Source of the DNA: Candidatus Levyibacteriota bacterium
GTDB lineage: Bacteria > Patescibacteriota > Microgenomatia > Levybacterales > UBA12049
DNA length: 64,000 nucleotides
Direction: 5' to 3'
NCBI GenBank assembly: GCA_963790825.1
Contig: CAWBPM010000003.1
Location: 189,681 to 253,680 of the forward strand
This document shows positions 1 through 10,080 of this stretch, one piece after another. Each line of letters opens with the position of its first letter. Position 1 is the stretch's first letter. A program made the translations under genes and the position numbers. Under the pieces are notes generated by a model. The model saw nothing but the letters and a program-made list of their open reading frames with translations, did no database searches and was not told the DNA's origin.

Positions 1-946
1 GGTATATTTCATTGGCAGTTTGCGGAGTTAAGACAAATTTTTTAATTTTTCCATCTTTATATTTAAAAAGCATTTGGATATCCGGACCTAAAACTTCATT
101 CCAATATCCATTTTCTAATTTTTCTTCAAGTAGTTTAAAATATTGCTCTATGTTTCCCTGAGGAATCTCGATTTTATAGATATTACCCTTCGTTTCAATT
201 ATTGTGATTCCGAGTTTTTCAAGATCTGAAGAGGAAATATTTTTTGTTCCCATCAGAAAGCTTATATAAAAATCTTTTTGCAATGTCCATTCAAATGTCC
301 TATTTATTTCGTCAAAATTATGACCATCAATGACGATAGTTTCAAATCCGAAAGCATTGAATCTTTTTTCATATTCCTCTGTCTGCCAACCAAACATCGT
401 TTCTTGGCTTTGGGCTAAGCGGTTAATATCGGCAATAACAATGAGATTGTTAAGCTTGTGGATCGAAGCAAAATTTGCCGCTTCCCACACTTGACCTTCC
501 GCAAGTTCTCCGTCTCCCAGCATTACATACGTCTTAAACCCCAGATTCTCCTGTTTGGCAAGATACGCAAGGCCGCATCCCACCGATAATCCTTGGCCCA
601 AAGATCCGGTTGCAGCGTCGGTATAAGGAAAACGTAATGTTGGATGTCCTTCTAACTGACTTCCGAATTTCCGTAGTGTTTTCAGATCTTCCATAGGTAT
701 TGCCCCACTCATGGCAAAAAGTGTATAAAAAAGTGGTGCAGCGTGACCTTTGGAAAGGATAAGCCTATCGTTATATTTATTAAGCGGGTTTTGGATGTCG
801 TAAGAAAAATACTTATCAAACAAAACAGTTGTCAAATCTGCTGCGGATAAACAAGAAGTCGGATGTCCTGACCCGGCTGTAGTAGTTGAAACCAGACACC
901 ACTTACGAATTAAGGTTGCTTTTTGCTTTAAATCAGTACTATCCAT
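1..946 (-). CDS. tkt: Transketolase, N-terminal TPP-binding part; runs off the window edge
   Basis: Not in the ORF track; translated by hand from ATG at 946: MDSTDLKQKATLIRKW..GSGHPTSCLS..DRLILSKGHAAP..LEGHP..TGSLGQG..GDGELAEGQVWEAA..DINRL..DGHNF. Open to position 1. Confidence 0.92.
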   Translation of the reverse strand, partial: MDSTDLKQKATLIRKWCLVSTTTAGSGHPTSCLSAADLTTVLFDKYFSYDIQNPLNKYNDRLILSKGHAAPLFYTLFAMSGAIPMEDLKTLRKFGSQLEGHPTLRFPYTDAATGSLGQGLSVGCGLAYLAKQENLGFKTYVMLGDGELAEGQVWEAANFASIHKLNNLIVIADINRLAQSQETMFGWQTEEYEKRFNAFGFETIVIDGHNFDEINRTFEWTLQKDFYISFLMGTKNISSSDLEKLGITIIETKGNIYKIEIPQGNIEQYFKLLEEKLENGYWNEVLGPDIQMLFKYKDGKIKKFVLTPQTANEIY

Positions 947-1049
947 AGGCTAAATTATAGAATTATCTTATCACATGTCCAAGCTTTTCCATAGATAGCC
1001 TAGCGTTAATTGCATTTTTATACCTAAACCTCATATAATTTGGTAATAG

Positions 1050-2249
1050 ATGAATGCTCTGCCCAAAAAATTGCTTTTCATCAAACAGGAAAAGTTAATT
1101 GGTGCTTTACTGTTTGGAATACTAATTATTACTATTGCTACTTTTGGGTTTTTTAAATTATCTGCTGTAAATAATTCACTTCTTGCATCGAATGCTGATA
1201 TTATCAATCAACTTAGTCAGGCGCAGAAAGCGTATCAAAACCTTAAAAATCAGGATCAATATAAACGAAATGAAAAACTGCAGAGTGAAATGACGAGTAT
1301 TCACGACACCTATCAAAAAGCAATTGCTTCATATGAAGGCATTCAGGACCTTAAACTATCTGAAAAAACAGATACGCTCGATACACAGTTTGCTTCGATT
1401 CTGCAATTACTTTCCGATAAAAACTATGCATCTGCGGAAGCCGTACTTACTATGTTAGCTGCGCAAATTAAAACCGATAATGATAAAATTGCTGCTGCCC
1501 AAGCAGCTTCTTCAGTTGGTACTTCTACTACGAATGCGCCTTCGTCAAATGCACCGCCGGCAAGCGGATATAGCCTACAAAAAGTCCATACTGACAGTGG
1601 TGATTTTACTGTCGCAATTATTGCAGCAGATCTTAATACGACAAGGGTTATTGTCGATACGGCATCGGATAGTGACTGCTCAAATAATTGCCCCGTGTTG
1701 CCTTTGAGTACTTATGTAGCGCGTAACAGCGCGTTTGCCGGAATTAACGGTACGTATTTTTGTCCGAGTACATATCCAACTTGTGCAGGTAAAGCCAATT
1801 CTTTTGATCTTTTGGTTATGAATAAAAATAAACATTATTTCAACGCTGATAATAATGTTTACAGTACCAATCCTGCGGTTATTTTCTCAGGTAATTCTGC
1901 TCGCTTCGTCGGTCAAGCGCTTGAGTGGGGCCGCGATACCGGGGTGGATGCGGTTATTTCCAACTATCCGTTACTTATTTCAAATAATCAGATTGTCTAT
2001 AGCGATAGTTCTGATCCAAAATTTAATAGTAGTGGACCACGAGGTTTTGTCGGAGCAACCGGAAGTACAGTCTATATCGGTTTCGTCTATAATGCGACCA
2101 TGGGTGAAAGTGCAAAAGTTTTGCATGCTTTAAATATCACGAATGCCATGAATTTAGATGAGGGAGGATCAACTGCATTGTGGTCTGGCGGTTATAAAGC
2201 CGGACCCGGGCGAGATATTCCGAATGCGATTTTATTCGTCAGAAAATAA
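1050..2249 (+). CDS. Membrane-anchored phosphodiester glycosidase (NAGPA-like) protein with coiled-coil stalk
   Basis: N-terminal TM helix, helical stalk, GINGTYF, PRGFVG and AMNLDEGGSTAL (cf. NLDGGGS). Confidence 0.75.
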   Translation: MNALPKKLLFIKQEKLIGALLFGILIITIATFGFFKLSAVNNSLLASNADIINQLSQAQKAYQNLKNQDQYKRNEKLQSEMTSIHDTYQKAIASYEGIQDLKLSEKTDTLDTQFASILQLLSDKNYASAEAVLTMLAAQIKTDNDKIAAAQAASSVGTSTTNAPSSNAPPASGYSLQKVHTDSGDFTVAIIAADLNTTRVIVDTASDSDCSNNCPVLPLSTYVARNSAFAGINGTYFCPSTYPTCAGKANSFDLLVMNKNKHYFNADNNVYSTNPAVIFSGNSARFVGQALEWGRDTGVDAVISNYPLLISNNQIVYSDSSDPKFNSSGPRGFVGATGSTVYIGFVYNATMGESAKVLHALNITNAMNLDEGGSTALWSGGYKAGPGRDIPNAILFVRK

Positions 2250-2315
2250 CGATTACTTACAATCATTGACTACTTTCCTTCTCCTCACGTATAGTTTTAT
2301 ATAGGGGCATTATTT

Positions 2316-3608
2316 GTGCATATAAAACTTTTTTCTAAATCAGCCATTATTTTATTTTTACTAATACTAAGTGTTCCCCTCACCGTTCTTCTGCTGCAAA
2401 AACAACAAACAGTAGGGACAAAAGCCCAATCAGGAGGACCGAGCGTTTATACCGGTGTTTATGCTCAGGATTGGGATTCTGTTCTAGGATTTGAAAAAGA
2501 CAGCGGGAAGCCGGTTTCGATCGTGATGCAGTTTTATACCTGGACAGAGGGAAATTTTCCGACGGATTACATGAATACTGTTCGAAATCATGGTTCAATT
2601 CCCCTAATCTCATGGGAATCATATGACTCAAACAACTCCGACGCGACAAGCTGGAAAAATATTGCAAGCGGGAGTTATGATTCATATATTACTCAATGGG
2701 CAATTGATTCTCGAAATTGGGGACACCCGTATTTTCTGCGTCTTGATTGGGAAATGAATGGATTTTGGGATCCTTACGCGAAAGATGCCGCAGATTACGT
2801 TCCAATGTGGCAGCATGTGCATGATATCTTTACAAAAAACGGCGCGACAAATGTTACCTGGGTATGGTGTCCAAATGTTGATAGTTATTCTACACAGCCG
2901 CTTGACCAATTCTACCCGGGGTCTTCATATACAGATTGGGTCTGTATGGACGCTTATAATTTTGGTAATACGCAATCTTGGAGTTCCTGGACATCATTTT
3001 CAGATCTTTTTGCGGAAACGTATAACCATCTACTTCGCCTTGCACCCGGTAAGCCGATTATGATTGCCGAGGTCGGCTCTGCCGAAGGAGGCGGATCCAA
3101 AGCAGATTGGATCAGCGATACTTTTTCAAATCAGTTGCCCAATTCATTCCCCAATATAAAAGCTTTTATATGGTTTAATCTGAGTAAAGAAACGGACTGG
3201 CGGATAGAATCATCGCAGGCTTCGCAAAACGCATACGCGAGCGCTATGGCTACCTCTTATTATTCCTCATATTATTATTCCGGGTTATCTACCTCTCCCA
3301 TTCCATACTTAGGATCTTTGAGCAGTCAAACCGCACGAGTTGTTCCACTTATCACAAATACGCCTACACCGACTGCAACACCTACTCAAACACCAACAAC
3401 CACACCTTTTCCTACTAAACCGCTTCCGAAGGTGACAGCTCCTTTAGTAAGCTGTTCACAAGCGAACCTTTTCTGCAGCGGAAAAAATCAACTATTGGTA
3501 TTTGGAGGCGGACTGGTTGCTTTGATTGCAATAATATTTATTTTGAAGCAATCTCTTTATCCCACACATAAGTGGTCAAAAGTAAATAAGAAACAGAAGC
3601 GAAAATAA
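2316..3608 (+). CDS. Glycoside hydrolase family 26 (mannanase/lichenase-like) surface protein
   Basis: LRLDWEMNGFW, WVWCPN, YPG..YTDWVCMDAYN and KPIMIAEVG motifs; Pro/Thr linker; C-terminal TM with basic tail; GTG start. Confidence 0.85.
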   Translation: MHIKLFSKSAIILFLLILSVPLTVLLLQKQQTVGTKAQSGGPSVYTGVYAQDWDSVLGFEKDSGKPVSIVMQFYTWTEGNFPTDYMNTVRNHGSIPLISWESYDSNNSDATSWKNIASGSYDSYITQWAIDSRNWGHPYFLRLDWEMNGFWDPYAKDAADYVPMWQHVHDIFTKNGATNVTWVWCPNVDSYSTQPLDQFYPGSSYTDWVCMDAYNFGNTQSWSSWTSFSDLFAETYNHLLRLAPGKPIMIAEVGSAEGGGSKADWISDTFSNQLPNSFPNIKAFIWFNLSKETDWRIESSQASQNAYASAMATSYYSSYYYSGLSTSPIPYLGSLSSQTARVVPLITNTPTPTATPTQTPTTTPFPTKPLPKVTAPLVSCSQANLFCSGKNQLLVFGGGLVALIAIIFILKQSLYPTHKWSKVNKKQKRK

Positions 3609-3634
3609 AAGTTTATAACAATGCAGTAATACTA

Positions 3635-4639
3635 TCACTTGGGTAATATCACAGAGTCGTTTTTTACCGAGAGATATTTTTTATTAAGGGTAAAGGCATA
3701 ATATCCAACACCAATTAACGTAATTCCGCATATCACTAGCGAGAATGGCCATCCTAGTGTGCCGCTAAAATATTCACTAGTAATTTTCAATATATAAGCC
3801 ATAAGAAAAATCGTCCCGAATACAAGAAATGATTTGCTTTTCAAGTGGACACTTAAGAATAACACAACAAAGACGAGACCAGGAAATACCAGCTCCCATA
3901 AAACATCTTGTGATGGTTTCCAACCTCCCAATGCGAGCGCCGCTCCGAGAAAAAAGAGGGATCCGAATCCGTATAATCCTTCTGTAAGTTCTTTTTGCTC
4001 TGTAGAAGACAGATAATACCCAAGTAAAACGTAAGACAGACCAACCATGAGAAATCTGTATTCATAAAATTTGATATCTGCAAAATAAGGATTTGAACCA
4101 ATAAGAAAACTAGTAAAACTAAAGAAAAACCAGGTTGCAAAGGCAATCGCAAAAAAGGTGAAGATCGGTTTTTTAAAGACGTAATAAGAAGATAGATACA
4201 TGAGAAAAAGTATTCCTGAAATGAGACTTTGAGAACCGGCACTAGCTGTATTGAATCCTGCTTGATCAAAAATTACATATAATCCAAGTGGAAGAAGGAG
4301 TGCTGCGATAAGATGAAATGCATACCCGACTGCTCCGTACTTTTCTTCTTTATTTAACATAACACCAATAAAGTAAGCGGTAACTCCAAACACGAAAGTT
4401 GTCAGAATTTTTGTAAACGGATTTAATGTAGTCCAGTTCTGCCCAATTAATATGGCAATTCCCACAAACACAATGAAAGCACCGATAAAATATAAAACTT
4501 CAGACAAGTCGATATCTCGCGATAATATGATGGATTTTTTCTCTTTCCCGTTTTCAAATGCTTGTATTACTTCGTCCTTGGTTATCAGGTTTTGCGCAGA
4601 GAATGTCGTAAGAGAAGATAATAATTCTTGTTTTTCCAT
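3635..4639 (-). CDS. Multi-pass membrane protein (DUF2157-like)
   Basis: About 10 hydrophobic segments; LYFIGA..GIAILIGQNWTTL pattern. Confidence 0.7.
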   Translation of the reverse strand: MEKQELLSSLTTFSAQNLITKDEVIQAFENGKEKKSIILSRDIDLSEVLYFIGAFIVFVGIAILIGQNWTTLNPFTKILTTFVFGVTAYFIGVMLNKEEKYGAVGYAFHLIAALLLPLGLYVIFDQAGFNTASAGSQSLISGILFLMYLSSYYVFKKPIFTFFAIAFATWFFFSFTSFLIGSNPYFADIKFYEYRFLMVGLSYVLLGYYLSSTEQKELTEGLYGFGSLFFLGAALALGGWKPSQDVLWELVFPGLVFVVLFLSVHLKSKSFLVFGTIFLMAYILKITSEYFSGTLGWPFSLVICGITLIGVGYYAFTLNKKYLSVKNDSVILPK

Positions 4640-4642
4640 ATT

Positions 4643-5149
4643 CTATTGCATTATCCAACCGAGAAAATGAATTGAATCATAATAGCTTGTGTTATTATTT
4701 TTTATATTGAGTTTTTTACTCGTATTATGTCCGACGAGATACTCAGCGCTATAATCTCTACTATACCAGAAAAATGGGAAAAATCCATCATTTTGATTTC
4801 CACTTTCTAATGTATATCCATCGGGAGATTCAGCCGATGAATCAAGCGTAAGATTTTCTGCATTATCAAGAGTAACTGGCGTGCTTTCATTTGTCACAGC
4901 ATTATGAATATAAAGCTGCGGGTTCGATACATTATTCGGATAATAAGCATATTGAGGATTTACCGTAACGTGATTATTACTAACCGAATAGACTTGACTT
5001 GGGTAATAATCACCACCAATGCTATAGAGGAAGTTATATTTCGGTTGAAGAAAAAGTCCCGGGATATAAATACTGATTGCAACGAATAAGATCATCACGA
5101 TCGGTATTGCAAAACCAAGAATAAGAGGAAGATTCTTTTTCGAAATCAT
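4643..5149 (-). CDS. Hypothetical membrane-anchored protein
   Basis: 168-aa ORF with N-terminal TM, 3 bp upstream of the DUF2157-like gene. Confidence 0.7.
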   Translation of the reverse strand: MISKKNLPLILGFAIPIVMILFVAISIYIPGLFLQPKYNFLYSIGGDYYPSQVYSVSNNHVTVNPQYAYYPNNVSNPQLYIHNAVTNESTPVTLDNAENLTLDSSAESPDGYTLESGNQNDGFFPFFWYSRDYSAEYLVGHNTSKKLNIKNNNTSYYDSIHFLGWIMQ

Positions 5150-5291
5150 ACAATGAACGATAAACTCATCCTTAGTATTCCACGAAGCGGTTTTATTGTC
5201 AACATTAGGCTGTAGCCTGCAGTAACTATAAAGATCTAGATAAGAGAATTATTGACTTTGGTTAATACAAGAATCTGATTGGGATAGTGGT

Positions 5292-5355
5292 ATTTTTTAT
5301 CCTTCGACTTTGCTTAGGACTGCGCTAAGTTTAATTTGGAAAATGACAGCGCTTG
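5292..5355. repeat. Left direct repeat (att-like): copy of the secA 3' end plus downstream sequence
   Basis: 60 of 64 bases match 18326-18389 (aligned by hand); minus strand reads KRCHFPN-stop. Confidence 0.9.
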
Positions 5356-5414
5356 AAATGCTAGTCAGGTAGGGTACCTCACGTTAATTGGTTGAATTTG
5401 TTATGAACTGGTAT

Positions 5415-6014
5415 TTAATAGTGCTCTTCCAGATTAATGATGGCCAACTCTTTTAAATACTTTTCAGTTTTTTGTTTTTTTACCCATGTTTGCAAATAGT
5501 TTTTATCAAGATTTTTTTCTTGAATTTGATAAACAAAGGCTGCATCGATGAGATGTTTTTCAATTTTTGAGTCTTTATACCACAAAAGTTTAATAAGAAT
5601 TGTATCCTCTGCACTAGCAAAAGTCATTGACTGACCGAAAACATTGATGTTTTTTCTTCTTTTAAATCGGGATATATCAAATTCACTATGTGTCAACAAC
5701 CAAAAATCCAGCTTCAGCATTGTTGGAAGATGCAAGACATTAAATTGGAATTTATTATTAACAGCATCTTCGATCATTGACGTATCAACCATAAATTCAC
5801 TAAGAGGTAGAGATAAAAATGTTTGCTTTATACGTTCAATATCCTTTTTTTCTGCTTCAATGATAAAATCAATATCGTGTGAGGCTCGTGGTCTTCCATA
5901 AAAGATTACACTTAGGGAACCTGTAACCATATAGGGAATTTTTGCACCCTGTAAAAGCGAGGTAATATCTTTAAGCAGTTGCTCTTGTCCAAGATCTTTT
6001 CTGTGTCTTGCCAT
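5415..6014 (-). CDS. Nucleotidyltransferase-fold protein, putative MenT-like toxin
   Basis: MVTGSLSVIFYGRPRASHDIDFII (G-S..R..DxD), LDFW and EDTILIKL..KHLIDA; likely start ATG 6014. Confidence 0.7.
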   Translation of the reverse strand: MARHRKDLGQEQLLKDITSLLQGAKIPYMVTGSLSVIFYGRPRASHDIDFIIEAEKKDIERIKQTFLSLPLSEFMVDTSMIEDAVNNKFQFNVLHLPTMLKLDFWLLTHSEFDISRFKRRKNINVFGQSMTFASAEDTILIKLLWYKDSKIEKHLIDAAFVYQIQEKNLDKNYLQTWVKKQKTEKYLKELAIINLEEHY

Positions 6015-6171
6015 ATTTTTTACCTTCTTCGCGAAGTTTTTTGACAAAGCAATTAAGACGGAAAGCCACACGCAACTTCTCTTCGGGTTTTTGTTTGGCG
6101 AGAAGATGAAGTATATCCTTAAATGAATAACGAACAGTCGTTCTTTGCATATTTCTCTCTGATATTACCAT
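5971..6171 (-). CDS. Small basic protein, putative cognate antitoxin
   Basis: 59-66 aa, overlaps the NTase start; KPEEKLRVAFRL helix typical of small genes upstream of such NTases. Confidence 0.5.
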   Translation of the reverse strand: MVISERNMQRTTVRYSFKDILHLLAKQKPEEKLRVAFRLNCFVKKLREEGKKYGKTQKRSWTRATA

Positions 6172-6234
6172 ACTTCAAACGTATTATCTAGAAGATAAAA
6201 AGGGTGTATCATATGATGATGTAACTTGATATAG

Positions 6235-6984
6235 TTATGCTTTCTTTGCAACCAAAACGATTCTATGTCTTGGCAAATTTATTCCTTTTTCCGTTTGAAA
6301 CTTTTCTACATATTCTTCTAAGTATTTTCTATCTTTTTCCGAATCATAATCTTCGAAGATAGGAACTCCTTGCAAAAAAGTATCTAAATCTTTGTAAGAA
6401 AGATAATATTCGTTGTAATGAAAATCTTGGGCATAAACAATCTTAAAGCCTGCTTTTTTAGTATCCTCAACATCTCTATCTAAAACTGAATTATCCCATT
6501 TTCCGTAATTTTGCCCTCTTCCGAAAATAACCTTAATGTCTTTTGTATCTTTTTCTCCTATATCTATAGATAAAAAATATCCTCCGGGTTTTAGCATTTT
6601 ATAGAATAACTGATAAATGAGAACAGCTCTTCTTGCATAAATAATGTCAAAATAATTTTTAGGATAGTTTAATTCACGCGTATTTTTTTCAATAAACTCG
6701 ACATTTTTTATCCCTTTTTCTTTTTGAAGTTTTCTTGCTGCATTTAACATTAATCTTGAGGTATCATTGCCAATTACTTTTTTAAAATGTGGCGCAATTT
6801 CAAGAGTAAATCTTCCGTCTCCACACCCAGCATCCAAAACAACTTTTTCTTTCCAGCTTAGCCCTGCCAGTTTTTCTTTAAAAATTTCTTCGGGTGCACC
6901 TGATCGAAACTCCTGAATATATTGTGCAGGATTGGAATAATTTCCAAACTTTTTTGCTACTTTATCATAAAAATCTTGTGCCAT
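6235..6984 (-). CDS. Class I SAM-dependent methyltransferase
   Basis: VLDAGCGDG motif I; start ATG 6984 preceded by TGCTATAAT; paralog of 27051-27800. Confidence 0.88.
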   Translation of the reverse strand: MAQDFYDKVAKKFGNYSNPAQYIQEFRSGAPEEIFKEKLAGLSWKEKVVLDAGCGDGRFTLEIAPHFKKVIGNDTSRLMLNAARKLQKEKGIKNVEFIEKNTRELNYPKNYFDIIYARRAVLIYQLFYKMLKPGGYFLSIDIGEKDTKDIKVIFGRGQNYGKWDNSVLDRDVEDTKKAGFKIVYAQDFHYNEYYLSYKDLDTFLQGVPIFEDYDSEKDRKYLEEYVEKFQTEKGINLPRHRIVLVAKKA

Positions 6985-7160
6985 ATGAGAAATTATAGCA
7001 CTTTTAGCTTTTAAGAGGCTTAATCCCAATTGCGTAAATTCCGTTTTTCTTTATTCCATCCGCATATTCTGTATGAGAATTATCATATCATGTTACAAAT
7101 AATATTATCTAACCTATAGTTTACTTTTGGCCATTTCTGTGGTACAATTTGCACAAGCTT

Positions 7161-8954
7161 ATGCCAATCGAAAGAGAATACATAAAAACTAGTTTAGACC
7201 TACAATCAGCACCCGATAATATTGCTGTATTCACTGGCTGGCCTTACGCAAATGGACCAAGACATTTGGGGCACGGTGCAGCATTGCTAATGGGAGATGT
7301 ATTATCAAGATATTATAGAGCGAGAGGCTCAAATGTTTTAATGGTGAGTGGTACCGATGAGTACGGAACACCGAATCAAATCGCTGCAGAAAAAAGAGGC
7401 GTAAGTACACAAACTTATGTTGATGAAATGAGTCAGGTAATTAGAAATGATTTTAAAGAATTGGGAATGAGCTTTGATCATTTTAGTAGAACTACATCTA
7501 AGGAACATCAAAAAGTAGCTAGATCATTTTTCGTAGACTTACTTGAAAAAGGTTATATAACCGAGGGAGAAATGAAAACGGCATATGATTCTTTAACCAA
7601 TAGATCTTTACCCGATAGATATGTAGAAGGAATATGCCCACACTGTAAATATTCTGAGGCTAGGGGAGATCAATGTGATTCATGCGGAAATCTATTAGAT
7701 TCATTTGAATTAATAAACCCAAAATCAAAATTAACCAACAATCAAGTGCTTTTTAAAGATTCGCCTCAGTTATTTTTAAGGCTAGATTTACTTGGAGATC
7801 AGATAAAAAAATGGGTTATGGGTCAAAAAGATTGGAGAGCAAACGCAAAAAATCAAGCCTTAGGTATGGTAGATGATCTTAAAGCCAGATCTATTTCTAG
7901 AGATTTAGATTGGGGCATTCCAATTCCCGATGATGTTTTAAATGGAAAATATAGCGATAAAGTATTATATGTTTGGTTCGAGGCTGTTATAGGATATCTT
8001 TCTGCTTCAATGGAATGGGCAAAAGCAAAAGGAAACCCAGAGGAATGGAAAGATTGGTGGAAAAATCCACAAGCGAAACATTTCTATGCGATAGGAAAAG
8101 ATAATATCCCATTTCACACAGTAGTATGGCCTGGAATGTTAATGGGGCATAATGAAGGGTCTGAATCCCCTCTTCATCTACCTGATCAAATCGTGAGTGC
8201 TGAATATTTAACCTACGGGTCAGAAAAATTTAGCAGTAGTAGAGAGAATACATTGTTCATTAAAGATGCGCTTAAGTTATTAGATCCTGATGTACTTAGG
8301 TATTATTTAGTATCCGCTGGACCTGAAACAAAAGATGCGGAATTTAGCTTAGAAGAACTAGTTCGCAGAAACAATGAGGAATTAGTTTCTACATGGGGTA
8401 ATTTAGTAAATAGGGTTTTAACTTTTTCTTATAAGCATTTTGGTTCTGTCCCTACGCCTGATAGTATTCTTCCCCCTGAAGATCAACAGCTCCTTCAAGA
8501 ATTATGGAAAGGTTTTGAAACAACCGGATCTTTAATCAAACAGACTAAATTTAAGGCTGGGTTATCCAGTTTTATGGTAATGGCAAAAAATGTTAATAGA
8601 TTCTTAAATGAAAAAAAACCTTGGGAAAGTATAAAAACTAATCGATCGGATGCAGCTACTACAATGTTTACAGCTTTAAATGCAGTAGATATTCTTGCAT
8701 CAATTGCTTCTCCATTTTTGCCATTTAGTAGCGATAAAATTTTGAGTTATTTAGGATATGATAATGGGATAAAAGGAGAAATCATCGAAGATCAAATAGA
8801 CATTGAGGGAAATATAATTGATGTTTTAAAAGGAAATTATAATCTATCAAAAGGATTTTGGACTCCAAGTAGATTAACTCCGGGTCAAAAATTAAGAGAG
8901 CCAAAAATACTTTTTCAAATATTAGATGTTAATCAACTTAAGCAATCAATTTAA
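7161..8954 (+). CDS. metG: Methionyl-tRNA synthetase paralog 1
   Basis: WPYANG..HLGH, GTDEYGTP, Zn knuckles CPHC/CDSC, RDLDWG, YVWFEAVIGY, GKDNIPFH, KFSSS, KPW; likely ATG 7161. Confidence 0.93.
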   Translation: MPIEREYIKTSLDLQSAPDNIAVFTGWPYANGPRHLGHGAALLMGDVLSRYYRARGSNVLMVSGTDEYGTPNQIAAEKRGVSTQTYVDEMSQVIRNDFKELGMSFDHFSRTTSKEHQKVARSFFVDLLEKGYITEGEMKTAYDSLTNRSLPDRYVEGICPHCKYSEARGDQCDSCGNLLDSFELINPKSKLTNNQVLFKDSPQLFLRLDLLGDQIKKWVMGQKDWRANAKNQALGMVDDLKARSISRDLDWGIPIPDDVLNGKYSDKVLYVWFEAVIGYLSASMEWAKAKGNPEEWKDWWKNPQAKHFYAIGKDNIPFHTVVWPGMLMGHNEGSESPLHLPDQIVSAEYLTYGSEKFSSSRENTLFIKDALKLLDPDVLRYYLVSAGPETKDAEFSLEELVRRNNEELVSTWGNLVNRVLTFSYKHFGSVPTPDSILPPEDQQLLQELWKGFETTGSLIKQTKFKAGLSSFMVMAKNVNRFLNEKKPWESIKTNRSDAATTMFTALNAVDILASIASPFLPFSSDKILSYLGYDNGIKGEIIEDQIDIEGNIIDVLKGNYNLSKGFWTPSRLTPGQKLREPKILFQILDVNQLKQSI

Positions 8955-9049
8955 ATAAGTTTCATGATTATATCGCGAAAGTTAAGAATATATAAAAAAT
9001 CTTTCAATGCATATTTATTGCATGTCATAAGTATCTAGAAATATAAAAT

Positions 9050-10069
9050 ATGAAAATAATTGATTATTCCCAAAACTTTAACGCAATAATTAATAAAAAC
9101 AAGATCAAAAAAGCTTTAGAAATAAGCTGTCAACAATTATTTAGTTATCCTCATAAAGATAAAAAAGAATTAACTAAAGTAATAGCAAAAAGTTTAAAAT
9201 TGCCTGAGAAGTCAATCACAATAGGAAATGGAGCAACAGAAATTATATTTACACTCCCACGGTTTTTTGATAACAAAAATATATTAATTTTATCACCAAG
9301 TTTTTGGGAATATAGTGCCGCAAATATGATAGATAAAAATAACAATATCGACTTTCATATTTTGAAAGAGGCTGATAATTTCCAATTAAACTTTACTGAA
9401 TTTGAAAGCAAAATAAAAAATTTTTCAACAATATATCTATGTAATCCGAATAATCCTACTTCTACCCTGATTGACAAAACAAAGCTTTTACATATAATCA
9501 AAAAAAAGACTAAATCTATTTTTATTGTCGACGAAACATATCTAATTTTTCGCGAAGACTTTAAAGAACATTCACTTATTAAAGAAGCTATTTCTCTAAA
9601 TAATCTCTATATAGTTATATCATTTTCTAAGTTTTTTTCTATACCAGGCTTAAGAATTGGGATATTAATATCTAAACCAAAAAATATAGAAAAATTTAAT
9701 AAAATTACGATCCCTTATTTGATAAACCCTATGGCAGAAATAATAATTCCTTATTTATTAAAACAAAAGCGGTTTATTGAAAAAACCAAAAAATTTTATT
9801 CAAAACAAAGAGTTAAGGCTTATAAACTTTTTTTAAATAACTTTAACGGAAAATTAAAAATCTTTAAGCCAGAGGCTAACTTTATACTGGTTAAAATATT
9901 AACCCAAAAAACAAGTCAAGAAGTAGTTGCTAAGCTAAAAAAGAATGGAATAATCCTAAGAGATGGTTCAAGATTTAAAAATCTTGGTTACAAATGGCTT
10001 AGAATCGCAATTCGAACAGACGAGGAAATGTTAATTCTTATTAAAAATTTGAAAAGAATAATTGAATAA
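9050..10069 (+). CDS. PLP-dependent class I/II aminotransferase-fold enzyme (CobD/HisC-like)
   Basis: GNGATE, CNPNNPT, VDETY, SFSKFFSIPGLRIG (PLP Lys), ANFIL, LRIAIR. Confidence 0.88.
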   Translation: MKIIDYSQNFNAIINKNKIKKALEISCQQLFSYPHKDKKELTKVIAKSLKLPEKSITIGNGATEIIFTLPRFFDNKNILILSPSFWEYSAANMIDKNNNIDFHILKEADNFQLNFTEFESKIKNFSTIYLCNPNNPTSTLIDKTKLLHIIKKKTKSIFIVDETYLIFREDFKEHSLIKEAISLNNLYIVISFSKFFSIPGLRIGILISKPKNIEKFNKITIPYLINPMAEIIIPYLLKQKRFIEKTKKFYSKQRVKAYKLFLNNFNGKLKIFKPEANFILVKILTQKTSQEVVAKLKKNGIILRDGSRFKNLGYKWLRIAIRTDEEMLILIKNLKRIIE

Positions 10070-10080
10070 TTCTTCTATTT

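Noticed and set aside
1-290. Intein in transketolase
   Set aside because: No Cys/Ser-initiated block A or LAGLIDADG motif in the visible insert.
9050-10069. Cobalamin or histidine biosynthesis (cobD/hisC)
   Set aside because: No other cob or his genes are nearby; only the fold family can be supported.
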